Shown piece by piece: positions 1 through 13,459 of a stretch of DNA of 64,000 nucleotides (positions are counted from its first letter, which is position 1; the number at the start of each line of letters is the position of its first letter). The notes under the pieces were generated by a model. The model made no database searches. It was not told where the DNA came from and was given only the letters and a program-made list of their open reading frames with translations. The position numbers were made by a program, and so were the translations under genes. The DNA comes from Octopus vulgaris (Eukaryota). The stretch spans positions 32,612,001 to 32,676,000 of the forward strand of contig OX597830.1 in NCBI GenBank assembly GCA_951406725.2. Direction: 5' to 3'.

Positions 1-265
1 AGATGACACAGGTGGTAGTTTCCTGTGTCAGTGGGGTAGAAAGGGCTCCTTAGCCGTAGTAAAGGCAATCTGTCTAGGGAGATAACCTTACAATAAATCA
101 CTCGGTCCGTAGCTTAGAAATACTGGGTTGACGTCCAGCGGGAACTGCTTTGTTTCATGGAGGAGCAAAGATCTTCTTTAGTGCTTGGTTGTACAATGCT
201 TTCCAATGTGTGTAGTAGTGGCGAGCGCACACATTATTAGCCATTTGAAAAGACTATGGAATTTA

Positions 266-880
266 CCAAAACTCTACAACGACACCATCAATAACAGTAA
301 TGCCATCACCAACACCATGACTGCTACCATCACAGCCATTAGCACCACTAACAACAACAACAACAATAATAACAACAGTAATATTCTTATGTGATGTGCC
401 AGATGGAAGGACTCAGCTGAGCTGAACTCACTGACCAAAATTCTACAACAATACCATCAACAACAGTAATGCCATCACCACCACCACCTTGACTGCTGCC
501 ATCGCAGCCATTAGCACCACTAACAACAACAACAATAACATTCTTATTTGATGTGCCAGATGCAAGGAGTTGGCTATTTTGAAATGAATGAATGATAGGT
601 TCGTACTTGAGCAGAACTGACCGACCAAAACTCTACAACGACAACATCAGCAACAGTTGTACCATCACCCTCACCACCACTACCGTCACAGTCATCACCA
701 CCTCTAACAAGAACATCAATAACACCAACACAACTACAAACAGTACTACCATGAAGTAGAGTAACAACAACAACAACAACAGCAACAATAACAACAACAA
801 TCTTTTGTTCAGTGCCAGATGGAAAAACTCATCTACTTTGAAAAGAACAAATATTGCATTCATACTCAATTAAAACTGTC
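266..880. repeat. Degenerate tandem triplication of a ~170-250 bp unit
   Basis: Units start CCAAAA(C/T)TCTACAAC at ~266, ~435 and ~625; each has a CAC/AAC-rich middle followed by GTGCCAGATG. Confidence 0.8.
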
Positions 881-1629
881 TGGGGACTAATCAACGATGA
901 CAATAATAATAACAACAACAACGACAACAAATATAGCAAAATGCTATGTTTGGAAACTTTGGAATATTGGAATAAATTTCGCTATAGAAATTACAATCCA
1001 AGTGAAGTTTAACCCTTCCCTGAACATATTTCTAATATATTCATGGAATAACTTGTTCATGTGTTTTAAGTAATTTTTAAAATAATTAAAAATTTCAAGG
1101 GATTTATTAATTTACGTTTTCTGTTTATTGATGTATTGAGCTAGTGTTTGAAACACAAGCCAACAATAAGTTGTTAAATAAAATTATGAAGAGATTTATC
1201 AAATTAAAATTCATTTGCTCATTAATTTTTACGTCCGTTTTCCTATGCCAGCATGTGTTAGATGAATGTATATCATTGTGATATTCCTTATATCAAACTT
1301 AGCATAGATACCTTATTAGCCTTGAAAGATCGTCTCTTATATGTGCTTGCTGCATAAAACACATACACAGATCGTAGCAGACAAAATTTGTCTGTCATGA
1401 CAGCTGGAATTCCCATATCACATGATCTTGGTCTATTGGAAGCACCAATTTTTGGTCTCTTGGCAGAACTCAGTGGGAAGCACCAATGACCAAATATCAG
1501 TCAAATCTCACTGATATGATATAAAGAATTTTAGCATCTTTTTTCAATTGCTGATGTCAATGAAATTGACTTTTCTTTCCCCACAAATTTCTGCCCTCTT
1601 GTCTATGTTGGGACCAATTATTAATGTTG

Positions 1630-2175
1630 GTGAACTGGCAGGGCCATTAGCAATGGCAATGGGCTTCAGAGTTGTTAACATGTCAAGCAAAAATGCTTAG
1701 CGGTATTTCATCTGTCTTTATGTTCTGAGTTCAAATTTCACCGAAGACAACTTTGCCTTTCATCCTTTCGGGGTCGATAAAATAAGTGCTGGTTGAACAA
1801 TGGGGTCGATGCAATCAGCTAGTCCCCTCCCCACCAAATTTCAGGCCTTGTGCAGAATGGATTATTATTATTACTATTATTAGTATTATAATAATTATTA
1901 TTATTACTACTATTATCATAATTATTATTATTATTATTACTATTATTATTATCATTATCATTAAGGCAGCGAACTGGCAGAATTGTTAGCCTGCCGAGCA
2001 AAATGCTTAGCTGCATTTAGTCTGTCTTTACATCCTGAGTTCAAATTCTGCTGAGGTCATCTTTGCCTTTCATACTTTTGGGATTAAAAAAATAAGTACA
2101 AGTTGAGTACTGGGTTGAAGCAATAGACTAGTCCACACCCCCACAATTCCGGGCCTTGTGCTTTTAGCAGAAAGG

Positions 2176-2216
<41 letters not shown>

Positions 2217-2345
2217 TGATCTACAGAGGTTGACTTTGCATTTCAGCCTTTTGTGATCGATAAAAAAGTACCAGTTGAACACTGGGGTCAATGTAATCAG
2301 CTCATTCCCTCTCACAAGATTACTGCCCTTGAGGCAAAAATTTGA
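1630..2345 (+). mobile_element. Cluster of three tRNA-derived SINE-B copies separated by (TTA)n
   Basis: Repeated GAGTTCAAAT B-box and CTTTGCCTTTCATCCTTTCGGGGTCGATAAAATAAGTAC core at ~1630-1855, ~1964-2170 and ~2222-2345; the core resembles the Meta-type SINE central domain. Confidence 0.8.
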
Positions 2346-2376
2346 AACTATTATTGTTATTATTATTATTATCATT

Positions 2377-2871
2377 GAGTGAGAGAGCAGTTCATGCCAT
2401 CAAAGTGACACTGGGGTAAAATATACGAAGCCCAATATACCCATCATGACTACCTGTCTGATAAAGGTACACCAGGCACATGCATCACAACCATATGTGC
2501 GCGACATGGTGATCTCATATCAAGATAAACAGCACATGACCTTGCAGGTGGGGCCCAGTTAGAATTTTCTTCAGGTTGGGTAGCCCATCCCGCTCAAACG
2601 GTCCCTGAATAAGGGTTGTTTAAGGATGTTGAAAGAACCACCCATGTTTCCAGAGGTGAACTATTCAAACCCCAAAGAATCCCTCTCAACACATGGCTAT
2701 GATGCTCCCCCACTACTTCTGCTCGTGATCAGAGATGCACATATCATCAGCCACTAAGGGACATGCTCAACTGGTTAAGGTCAAACAACTGACAAGCAAA
2801 TCTGTGGTATTGAGCAGAATATTTGCTGTAGCCCATCTTTTATACCAAGACAAAACAATGTACATGATAAC

Positions 2872-2872
<1 letters not shown>
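2377..2872 (-). mobile_element. Non-coding retroelement-like family C inserted in a (TTA)n tract
   Basis: Flanked both sides by TTA repeats; 2377-2570 is the reverse complement of 10350-10549. Confidence 0.7.
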
Positions 2873-2902
<30 letters not shown>

Positions 2903-2919
2903 GTTATTATTATTACAAG

Positions 2920-3150
2920 TGTGGTGTAGCTGTATAATTGATGGAGTTTTGCAGAAAATATCTTGTGGTATTTTGTTACAAGCCTTTATGTTCTGAGTTC
3001 AAATCCCATCTGAGGTCAACTTTGACTTCAGCCCTTTTGAGGTCAATAAAATAGAATTATAAGGATCTGTGCAATTATTTGACAGAACTTCCCTCCACAT
3101 ACACACAATTGCACCACAACCATCACCGTAAGATTTTGGACTGGTGCCAC
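2920..3150 (+). mobile_element. SINE-B, degenerate
   Basis: TTCTGAGTTCAAAT...GAGGTCAACTTTG...GGTCAATAAAA. Confidence 0.65.
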
Positions 3151-3395
3151 AATTTGATATTATTGTATTTATGATGTTGTTGATGATGATGATGAGGATG
3201 AGGATGATGGTGATGATGATGATGACGATGTGATGACGGTGGTGACGGTAGTGATGGTGGTGGTGGTGGTGGTGACGATGATGGTAGTGATGAGGACGAT
3301 GATGATAATGGTGTTGATTTGCTGTTTATCTTTAGAATTCAGTCAGATAGCTTCCATTTCTCATCTTTCACTCTCTTTCTCTCTCTCCTCACTCA

Positions 3396-3446
<51 letters not shown>

Positions 3447-3531
3447 ACACATACATACACACTACTTACTAATGCAAACATACTCCTATAAACACACAAA
3501 CATTCAAACATGCTTACACACACATTTGAAC

Positions 3532-3569
<38 letters not shown>

Positions 3570-3765
3570 ACACACACACAGACATACACACAAATATTCT
3601 TCATGTACTCATATACATGCAAGTGAAAATCACCGACATACACAAACTAACACTTTCATTCACACACACACGTTTGCACATACATAAACATACATGTACA
3701 CACACATCACCAAACTTACATACAAACATACATACACATTTCAATGTAAATATAATGGATAAGTA

Positions 3766-4165
3766 GGCGTAGGAGTGGCTGTGTGGGGTAAGTAGCTTGC
3801 TTACAAACTACATGGTTCCTGGTTCAGTCCCACTGTGCAGTACCTTGGGCAAGTGTCTTCTACTATAGCCTCGAGCTGACCAAAGCCTTGTGAGTGGATT
3901 TGGAGATGGAAACTGAAAGAAGCCCATCGTATATATGTATATGTATGTGCATGTATATGTTTGTGTGTCTGTGTTTGTCACTCCAACATCACTTGACAAC
4001 TGATGCTGGTGTGTTTACGTATCCGTAACTTAGCGGTTTTGCAAAAGAGAACAATAGAATAAGTACTAGGCTTACAAAAGGTAAGTCCTGGGGTCGATGT
4101 GCTCGACTAAAGGCAGTGCTCCAGCATGGCCACAGTCAAATGACTGAAACAAATAAAAGAGTAAA
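3766..4165 (+). mobile_element. tRNA-derived SINE-A, full length with internal (TA/TG)n
   Basis: A-box TGGCTGTGTGG, B-box GGTTCAGTCCC, body GGGCAAGTGTCTTCTACTATAGCC, tail ACTGAAACAAATAAAAGAG; more than 20 copies or halves in the window. Confidence 0.9.
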
Positions 4166-4449
4166 AAAGTGATTACAAAAGCAGCAATATTAATACCATT
4201 TTAGTTGACTGTGTTGAAATTTCTGTATTGGTTCATGGAAGTATTTAGGAATATGTGTGTATGTGTGTGTGTGTGTGTGTGTGTGTTTGTTTGTATTCAT
4301 GTGTGAATGCGTGTGTATGTCTGAGTTGTTGTTACTATTATTGTTGCTGTTGCTGTTTATGTGATGCTGGTTCAGTCTTAGTAAATGACACCTGGAGCAT
4401 GTGCCTTTTGCTATGGCATCAGGCTGACCAAACATTAGAAGCATGATTC

Positions 4450-4806
4450 AGCATTCAGTCCCACTGCATGGCACCTTGGGCAAGTGTTTTCTACTGTAGC
4501 CTTAGGTAGACCAAAGCCTTGTGAGTGGATTTAGCTGATGGAATGTGTGTGTGTGTGTGTGTCTTCGTGTGGGTATTTTTGCATCTGTGTTTGTCCGCCA
4601 CCACTGCTTGACAACCAGTGTTGGTGTGTTTACATCCTCATAACTTAGTGGTTTGGTAAAACAGACTGATAGAATAATTTACCAGGCTTAAAAAAAAATT
4701 AAAGTCTGGGATTCATTCATTCAAATGAAAATTCTTCAAGGAGATGCTCCAGCATGGCAACAGTCGAATACCTGGAAGAAGTAAAAGATTAAAGATAAAA
4801 GATAAA
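4450..4806 (+). mobile_element. SINE-A, 5'-degenerate
   Basis: TTCAGTCCCACTGCATGGCACCTTGGGCAAGTG through TAAAAGA tail. Confidence 0.8.
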
Positions 4807-5259
4807 AACGTCAAAGATTCTACGAATGTGTTTGATTGAGGATCCACCATTTTTATTCTTGGGTGACAGACTCCATTCTTTCACTCAGACAACATCAGCA
4901 TCTCCAGTGATCATCACCAGATATTCAGTGCCTTTGGCCAACCCCTACAACAACAGCAGTTCAAGAATTTGGACCTGGAGATCTCCATTTCCAGTGATTT
5001 CGAGGGACACCTCCCAGCGGTGTCAGGTGTCAACAAAGAGCAGTCGACTACAACAAGATGACGAAAGTTTTATTTTTTCCAAGGTTTGGGGTCTCCCGCC
5101 CCTAAGCCTTAGACCATCACCTAATCACCCTTACCCGTCTTGTTGCTTAACAACAACAACAACAACAACAGCAACAGCCATTCATCAGGCAGTTATTCGT
5201 CGAACATTCCAGCCAACGCCAATTCAACACCCCCATCTGAAGGAAATCTTCATGAAGAC

Positions 5260-5541
5260 ATCACAGACATGATACGCTTCTGTAGTGGTTGTCATTCGGC
5301 ACTCAGGCAGTGGCAAAAGATAGCAGGACACAGTGACACAGATCAATGCAGACTCTGTAACGAGGAGGTGGAATCTGCAGAACAACTCAGGCTGAGATGT
5401 CCAGCCCCGATGGTGGAACGCTATATCCGCCAACTGGGGGCTACAATGGATGAGATGATTCATCTCCTTTCCACGGCTCTAGCATTTCTGAGAGTTATCC
5501 TCAAGTGCTTGAGGTGACCAACAACAATAACAACAGCAACA
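5260..5541 (+). pseudogene. LINE ORF2 C-terminus (I/Ingi-like group) with degenerate zinc knuckle and (CAA)n tail
   Basis: RFCSGCH...QCRLCNEEVESAEQLRLRCPA matches CxxC...E..xH...CP of non-LTR C-termini; stop at 5517 is followed by CAA repeats. Confidence 0.65.
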
Positions 5542-5639
5542 GAAAATACATGAACAAGAAGGGAGTTCCAGGGGCCAGTGTACGGATGGGGAGGGTAAGA
5601 CAGGATATAGGGATAAGTACGGGACATATTAGGGTATAT

Positions 5640-7245
5640 GCTTTTGTGTATATGTGTATATGTGTGTGTATATGTATGAATGCATGTACATACATGTATG
5701 TATATGTGTGTATATGTATAAGTGTATATATGTATGTGCATATATGCATATGTATATATATATGTGCATATATGCATGTGTGAATATGTGTATATGTATA
5801 TGCATATATATATGTGTGTGTGTGTGTGTGTGTATGTGTATATACGTGTATATGTGTATGAGTGAATATATATGTGTGTATGTATAAGCATCTATGTATA
5901 TGCGTACATGCATGTATGAATATATGTATATGTGTATATGTACAAGTATCTGAGAATGTGTATGTGTTTATGTGTATGAATGTATGTGTGCTTTTGGGCG
6001 TGTGTATCAAGGTACATGTGGTTTTACTTAGTGTATGTATGTATGTATGTATGTATGTATGTATGTATGTATGTATGAATGTATATATGTATGAATGTGC
6101 ATGTATGCAAGTATTTGTGAATCTATGTGCATGTACATTTCTGCTTGTAAAAGAATATATATATATATATATATTTCTATATATAACATATATATCTTTT
6201 CATGCACACACATTTATATGTATGTGTATATATATATATATATATTTTACTTGTATATATGCATAGTTACTCATGTGTCGACACATATCTACACGCATGC
6301 AACACACACAGATGCAAACATATTCACGCATACTCACATATACATTCATACATACAAGTAACCCTAACACATGCACACAATGCATCAACATGTGCATAAG
6401 TATGCAAACATACTTAAATACACACACACACACACATGCATTCACATATATATACACACAAATGCATATTCACAGCTAGAACTATGCATACACATATATA
6501 CATATAGGATTTTCTCATGAACCATACATGTATTATATATCAACCATTGTATGTCACATACATATACATACATACTTTTATACACACACACATATATATA
6601 CACACATACACACATACATAGATATATTCATACATAAATACATACATATATATAAATGCGTAAATACATACCTACATACATATATAAATGCAAATATACA
6701 TATATACATACATACATACATATAAAAACACACACACATATATATATATATATTTGTACATACATATGCACATAAACACACGCATTAACTGGTACCAGTG
6801 AACCCCATTTAATAAATAGATAAATAAATAAATAAAATTTATCCAAATAGATAATTCAACAGGAACCACTACCACCACCACCACCACCACTACCACCTCA
6901 ACAACCACTGCCACCACCCCTTAAACAATAACAACAACAACAATAACAGTAACGACACCATGAACATAATGGTTATATACAAATCGTGATATATAAATAA
7001 CAGAGTAAAAAAATCAATTAATGCTTGTTTTAAATATGTATTTTTCACTCAATAATGATTTTAGTAACGAAATTCTAAAGCAGAAAAATAATAGGAAGTG
7101 GAAATTACAATAAATGATTTAATTCAATTTAGTGAACTAATAAAATAAAATTTTATATATATGAGTGTGTATATGTGTATGTATGAATATATATGTATAT
7201 GCGTTTGTGTCTATATATATGTATAAATATATGTATATCTATGTC

Positions 7246-7290
<45 letters not shown>

Positions 7291-7605
7291 TTATTTATAT
7301 ATATATATATATGTACATACACACATGCACATGCACACATGTGCACACATACATATATGTATAAAGAACTCCAACACAGCAACGCAAAAATAAAAATAGA
7401 GGTTTTTAGAAAAAGTATGAAATATATTTAAAATAATATCATAGGAAGGACAATATAAAAAATTAACAAAAGCCGTGTATATATATATATATATATTATA
7501 TATATATATACTTATATATATATATATATATATTCACATATATACACATATATACATACCTACTTACATAGATACATCTATATTGATTGATATATGTATA
7601 TATAT
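5640..7605. repeat. Compound (TA/TG/CA/TATG)n microsatellite field
   Basis: Directly visible low-complexity tracts; all ORFs here are Y/I/H/T/C/V/M repeats. Confidence 0.9.
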
Positions 7606-7699
7606 ATATTTTATCTCTTACTTGTTTCAGTCATTTGATTGTGGCCATGCTGGAGCACATGAACTTAGGTAAATTTAAGAATGATTCAGCCAAAATTGG

Positions 7700-8040
7700 T
7701 CCCCTGGCCTGATAGAATCTGTAAAATCACTTTTACAAGTCAAGTTTTCTGGGATTCAGAGTCCATTTAAGAGCCCATTTATACTGCGATATATTCATGA
7801 TGTATCGTGGTATAAATGGTTTGCATGGCATTCTTTGAAATTTACCCTGATGTTGTTTGAAGGTTTCTGGTTCTTTTCTTCTCTTGATTTCTTTTCGGGC
7901 AATATTTGATAGAGGTGGACCTGTTGAGAAAAAGTAATTGCGTTGTAAAGTGGTTGCGTGTTCTGGGACTGAGTTGTACAGGTGAGAATGGCTAGGAAAC
8001 CCAGAAATGACTACTCATCAAAAAAAAAGGAGCCAAAAGT
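7700..8040 (-). pseudogene. Decayed CR1-like LINE 3' end
   Basis: Minus-strand LQRNYFFSTGPPLSNIARKEIK..PETFK resembles the ORF2 end seen at 35600-36050. Confidence 0.45.
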
Positions 8041-8090
8041 ACATGAACCATTCATAGAATATGCACAGAAGGTGTACATCGAATGAAGCA

Positions 8091-8511
8091 TCTATAATAA
8101 TAAACGTGAGATTCTGTCTGTCCGCTTGTCTAGGACCCCTGTATCTCAGTCTCTATTTGCTCTACATGGACATATTATACCCTTTTGGAATCAGGATGAT
8201 CCTGGGATTAAAAATTTGCCCTGCACTTGACTCTTGACCATCCAGCAAAGGGATCAGGTCTGGATGAGGATTTGTTATATGTTAACAGTTGAAAATTTTT
8301 ATTTTAAAAGAACTCCAAAAATTTGTGAACTTACAAGTTTTTCATGTAAACTGAATTTAAAGTAATACGATATTTGTAAGGTAATACCATATTGGTAAGA
8401 TACCAATAAATACTTTATTATATTTGTTCTCTTTAGTTTGGGGCTACAAACCCAGTTGTCCCTCCACAGGAGCTAGCTTTAAAGTCCACATAGAGTGGGC
8501 TTTTAAGCTAG
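8091..8511 (+). mobile_element. Non-autonomous Helitron
   Basis: A|TCTATAATAATAAA 5' end, subterminal hairpin GTCCAC..GTGGGC, CTAG|T 3' end at 8508-8511. Confidence 0.7.
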
Positions 8512-8529
8512 TTTAAAATAAAAGTGATG

Positions 8530-9050
8530 GTGGGGACATCAGATGTACTGTTGGCAAATTTCAGTAAGCATGGAAGTTTTGAAGGATGTAGTGTCCCGAT
8601 AGCTAACAACTGATGCAGGTGGTTTATTCCATGCTTCAGCAATTCTGAGCATGAAAAATGTATTTCCAAAAGTCATGGGTGCTGTGTTGTTTTTTGATTA
8701 TTTTAAGCATGTCCACAAGTGTTAGACATGTGGAATTCAAAAAGGTGGCCAAGGTTGTGGTTGGAAAGATGGTGGATAATCTCGTGGGTGTCTACCAAGT
8801 CACTTACCTAATGTTTGAGCTTTAATGTGTCCATGCCCAGGGAAACAAGACATTCAGAGTATGGTAAATGCCTGACAATGGGTATTTGTCTAGCAGCACA
8901 TTTCTGAACAGATTCCAGGAGACTGATATGCTAAACAAGATAGGGTTTCTAGACTTGTGATGCAAACTCTAAGTGTCGATGTACCATAGCCATATACAGC
9001 TTTTGAATAGATAGCTGGAGAGCAGCTTACAAAGATGTTCTACAAAACAC
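8530..9050 (-). pseudogene. CR1-clade LINE ORF2 3' fragment
   Basis: Minus-strand HLEFASQV*KPYL..ISLLESVQKCAARQIP..LPYSECL..L..DLVDTHEII..F..SNTCGH matches the CR1 post-RT pattern; in-frame stops. Confidence 0.75.
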
Positions 9051-9124
9051 CAAATGCTTTCACAATTATTTTAAATAGAATTCCTAATGATCTTTGATTA
9101 TGAAAACATATTCTTTAATTCTTT

Positions 9125-9312
9125 TATTTTTTTACTTGTTTCAGTCATTTGACTGCGGCCATGCTGGAGCACCGCTTTTAGTCAAACAAATCACCCCCAG
9201 GACCTATTCTTTGTAAGCCTAGTGCATATCTATCAGTCACTTTTGCTGAACCACTAAGTTATGGGTACATAAACACACCAACATATATACATATACATAT
9301 GTATATATTATA

Positions 9313-9356
<44 letters not shown>

Positions 9357-9369
9357 ATATATATGTATG

Positions 9370-9418
<49 letters not shown>

Positions 9419-9572
9419 TGGGCTTCTTTCAGTTTCCATCTACCAAATCCACTCACAAGGCCTTGGTTGGCCTGAAGCTATAGTAGAAGACACTCGCCCA
9501 AGGTACCATGCAGTGGGACTGAACCCGGAACCATGTGGTTGGTAAGCAAGCTACTTACCACACAGCCACTCC
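9125..9572 (-). mobile_element. SINE-A, full length
   Basis: Reverse complement of 3766-4165 with an expanded (TA)n core. Confidence 0.9.
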
Positions 9573-10159
9573 TAATCAAATGGCTATGAAGGTCTATCCG
9601 AGCAAAATTGGAACCAAAAATGGTCCTTAAGTAAAGAACAGTTGAGAAACACTGTCCTAAATCAAGTTCAGTGAAATCATTGATGACAGAACAATCTGCA
9701 GGATTTTTCCTGTTTCTTCAGCTTCATGTTGGAGAATGCTATCATCATATTTTAATAGACGAATGAGTGAGACAGCAGCTTGTTGGAAAATGAGTAAAAA
9801 CTGTTTTTGATTGAATCTGAGTTTCTTAATAACCCAGCCTTCCTCTGTAGCCCTTTGGCCCTTGATATCGGCTTTCGTACTGGTCTGTAAATGATATTTG
9901 CTTTTCAGTTCAGATGTCCTTATTGTTTCGAGCGTGAATGTTCCCGATAGTAATCAACTTCCCACATATTCATGAAGGGTTGGATTAAAAGCCATAGAGG
10001 TCCTATGCACTTATAAGATTTTGGTGCCCCCATCATCATCATCATCATCATCATCATAGTCATTGTCATCGTTGTCGTCATCATTGTTGTCGTCACCATC
10101 ATAATCATCATCGTTGTCGTCATCGTCATCATCGTCATCATCATCACCATCATCATCAT

Positions 10160-10340
10160 CATTTATCGTCTGTTTCCATGCTGGCATGGGTTGGATGGTT
10201 TGACAGGAGCTGGCCAGGCAGAAGATAGCACCAAGTTTTGCTATCTGTTTTTGGCATGCTTTTTATGGTTGGATACCCTTTTTACATGGCACCAGCACAG
10301 TTGTGGTTAGTTTTGGTATGGTTCTTTTTATTGTGGGATG
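10160..10340 (-). mobile_element. Family D (RTE 3' UTR-like) fragment with (GAT)n tail
   Basis: TTTCCATGCTGGCATGGGTTGGATGG matches the reverse complement of 42620-42660. Confidence 0.65.
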
Positions 10341-10349
10341 GATTACTCG

Positions 10350-10549
10350 ACCAGAAGAAAATACTAACTGGGCCCCACCTGCAAGGTCATGTGCTGTTTA
10401 TCTTGATATGAGATCACCATGTCGTGCACACATGGTTGTGATGCAGGTGCCTAGTGTACCCTTATCAGACAGGTAGTCATGATGGGTGTACTGGGCTTCG
10501 TATATTTTACCCCAGTGTCACTCTGATGGCATTCACTACTCTCTCACTC
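10350..10549 (+). mobile_element. Family C 3' portion ending in (AAT)n
   Basis: Reverse complement of 2377-2570. Confidence 0.7.
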
Positions 10550-10580
10550 AATAATAATAGTAATAATAATAATGATAATA

Positions 10581-10740
10581 ACATCGAAAAATACCTTAGG
10601 AATGAGAACCCAGGTTCAAAATTTCCCCAAGACACCTGATGAAGGCTGGAGGGTATATCAGCCGAAACATTGTGTTAAGAAACAAAATGAGGACAAATAT
10701 CCGTCAAATGTAAATAATGTAAATATTGTAAATAATGTAC
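10581..10740 (+). mobile_element. Orphan tail of hammerhead-bearing SINE (family H)
   Basis: Near-identical to 20095-20255. Confidence 0.85.
10631..10676 (+). ncRNA. Minimal type I hammerhead ribozyme motif
   Basis: GACAC-CTGATGA-A-GGCTG-gagggtatat-CAGCC-GAAA-CA-TT-GTGTT: intact core, helix I GACAC/GTGTT, helix II GGCTG/CAGCC. Confidence 0.7.
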
Positions 10741-11717
10741 AAAAATGAATTGCGCAAATTTGGCATCATCCTGAACTGAACACTGAAGACAAACCATTTA
10801 CTCCGATTCCATACCATTTCTCTAAATTCTCTTTGAAATTCTAAAAGAAATGATTCCTCAAAATGGCAAAGGAGCTACAATATGTAGGGCGAGTGGTATA
10901 GCTAATGGTATAAGCCAAGGATATTGCTCCCTCTCTTTCTTTCTGTCTGTCTCTTTTTCACTCACTCATACAACACATAATTTACATTTAAATTAAGATG
11001 AAGGATTTCACTGGATAATGGAGTTTTAGATAACAAAACAAAAAAAAGAAAAGCCAAGTGGAATGGTCATGGCTGGAATATTTTTGATTGGAGTTGACCA
11101 GGAGTTAAAGAACAACAACACTGTCATTATCACCACGACCACAACGATTATCACTGATATTAACAACAGCATCACCCCCCCCCCGTCCCCACCACTACCA
11201 CCCCGCTTCATTATCACCACCATGACAACCACCATCGCCATGACCATCACCACCACCACCACCACCACGATAATGATGACGACGATGACTACCACCACCA
11301 TCACCCGATCATCATCATCATCACTGCCACCACTGCCGCCTCCACCACCATCACCATCGCCACCATTACCACCACCCCCGCAAACACACGCACACACACT
11401 CTGCCACCACCACCGTCACCACCGCTATCAACATCACAACCACCAACCACTGCATCCCCCTCCTGACACTACCATAAACATCAGCACCAGCATCACCAGC
11501 AGCAATACCACCAAACACCCCCACCCCCACCCTATCTTCGCCATCGCCAACCCATCTTTACCACCCCTCCTCCTCCTCCTCAAATAGCACCCATCTCCCC
11601 CGCCACCCACCCACTCCGTTGATGAATCCCAGATGAAGTTAAGTTTTAAGAGATGAAAATAATCACCACCACCACCAACACAACAACAGCAACAATAGCA
11701 AAAACCCACGACAACTC

Positions 11718-11797
11718 CAATAATAATAATAATAATAATAGTGATAATAATAATAAAAATAATAATAATAACAATAATGATAATAATAACAGTAATG

Positions 11798-11867
<70 letters not shown>

Positions 11868-11884
11868 TAATGATGATGATAATG

Positions 11885-11978
<94 letters not shown>

Positions 11979-11990
11979 ATAATGAATAAT
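11718..11990. repeat. (AAT)n microsatellite
   Basis: Direct. Confidence 0.95.
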
Positions 11991-12170
11991 GAAATGTAAA
12001 TAAAAAAAAATGTAAAACTTCAGATGTGACTCCTTGATTGGATTCAGCTGTGAAATTTTTTTTTATTTAGGGGGTTGGTTTCCCTGACCCCTCAACAGAA
12101 ACCCACCAATAACCCCACCACCTTACCCTGCACATCACTCCCAATACTACTACTACTACTACTGATGATA

Positions 12171-12206
<36 letters not shown>

Positions 12207-12314
12207 TGAATAGTAATATTACTACTATCACCACCACCACCACCACCACCACCACCACCACCATTACTGCCTACCCCACCACAGCTCCCCTTGCAATACC
12301 ATTCAAGATACCAT

Positions 12315-12347
<33 letters not shown>

Positions 12348-13459
12348 TATCATCATCAACATCACAAACAATCTGAAAGTAGAAGTAACCCCACCCACTT
12401 CTCTGAAATCAAGGAAGATAGGTAGGTTGGTAGTTAGTTAGGTGGGTAACTGCGTAACTGGGGTAGCTGTGTTGCCGGGTAGCAGGGTAGATTGGCTAGG
12501 TAGGTGGGTAAGTAAGCGGTGATGATGTGTGTGGGTGGGTAGGTGGGGTTTTGGTAAGACTTTTCTTTGGAATGCTGGTGGGTTTGAAGGGTGGGCGGTG
12601 GGGTGGCCTGGGTGGCCGGGTGGAGGTAAGTAAGTGTAATGGATCTCATTGTCACCCCTAATTTGTCATTTTACCCCACTTACTGTGAAATAATTCATCA
12701 CATCATCTGTACCCCCTTTACTTTCCACCTCATCAACAGAGCCACCCAGCTACCCTGATGCCATTAATTTTGGATACGACTCTTGTTTCCACACCCCAGC
12801 ATGTATGTATGAATGTGTGTGTGTATGTATGTATGTATGTGTGTATATATGTATGTATATATATATATGTATATATGTATGCATGTATGTATGTACATAT
12901 TTATGTATGAATGTGTATATGTATGTACGTATGTGTGTATGTATGAATGTGTGAATGTGTGTATGAATGTGTGTGTGCATGTGTATCTCTATGTGTGTGT
13001 ATGTATGTTTGTGCATGTATGTATGTTTGTGTGTGTTTGTATGCACATGTGTTTGCATGTATATTTGCATGTATATATGTATGTACATATTAATGCATGT
13101 GTGTGTGTGTGTATTTAAATATGCCTGTATGCATGGCTATATGTATGTATGTATGTTCATTCTTATTCTGTTTTATTTATTTGAATTCTTCCTTGAAGGA
13201 AGGAAGGAATTGGTTGCTAACAAAGAAACTGATTCTGTTGCTGGAATTTTGATAACAACAGCATAAATATTACATGTTGAACATTAGAAAAGTTTTGCAT
13301 ATTTTTACTGTTCCGCTTACAGATGATATATATGTATGTATTTATTCTCATATGTATATATGTACATGTGTGTTTGTGGGTGGGTGGGTGTGTGTATGTA
13401 TGTATAACTTTGTATGTATGCAAGGTCCAATTCTTTTTTTATTTCATTATTGTTTGTAT

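Noticed and set aside
1-150. Hairpin TGACACAGG/CCTGTGTCA and sequence resembling an RTE 5' UTR
   Set aside because: Truncated by the window edge; no HDV-like fold or homology could be supported
9900-10030. Possible host exon after TTTTCAG
   Set aside because: Early stops in the frames checked, no clear donor site, no recognisable peptide
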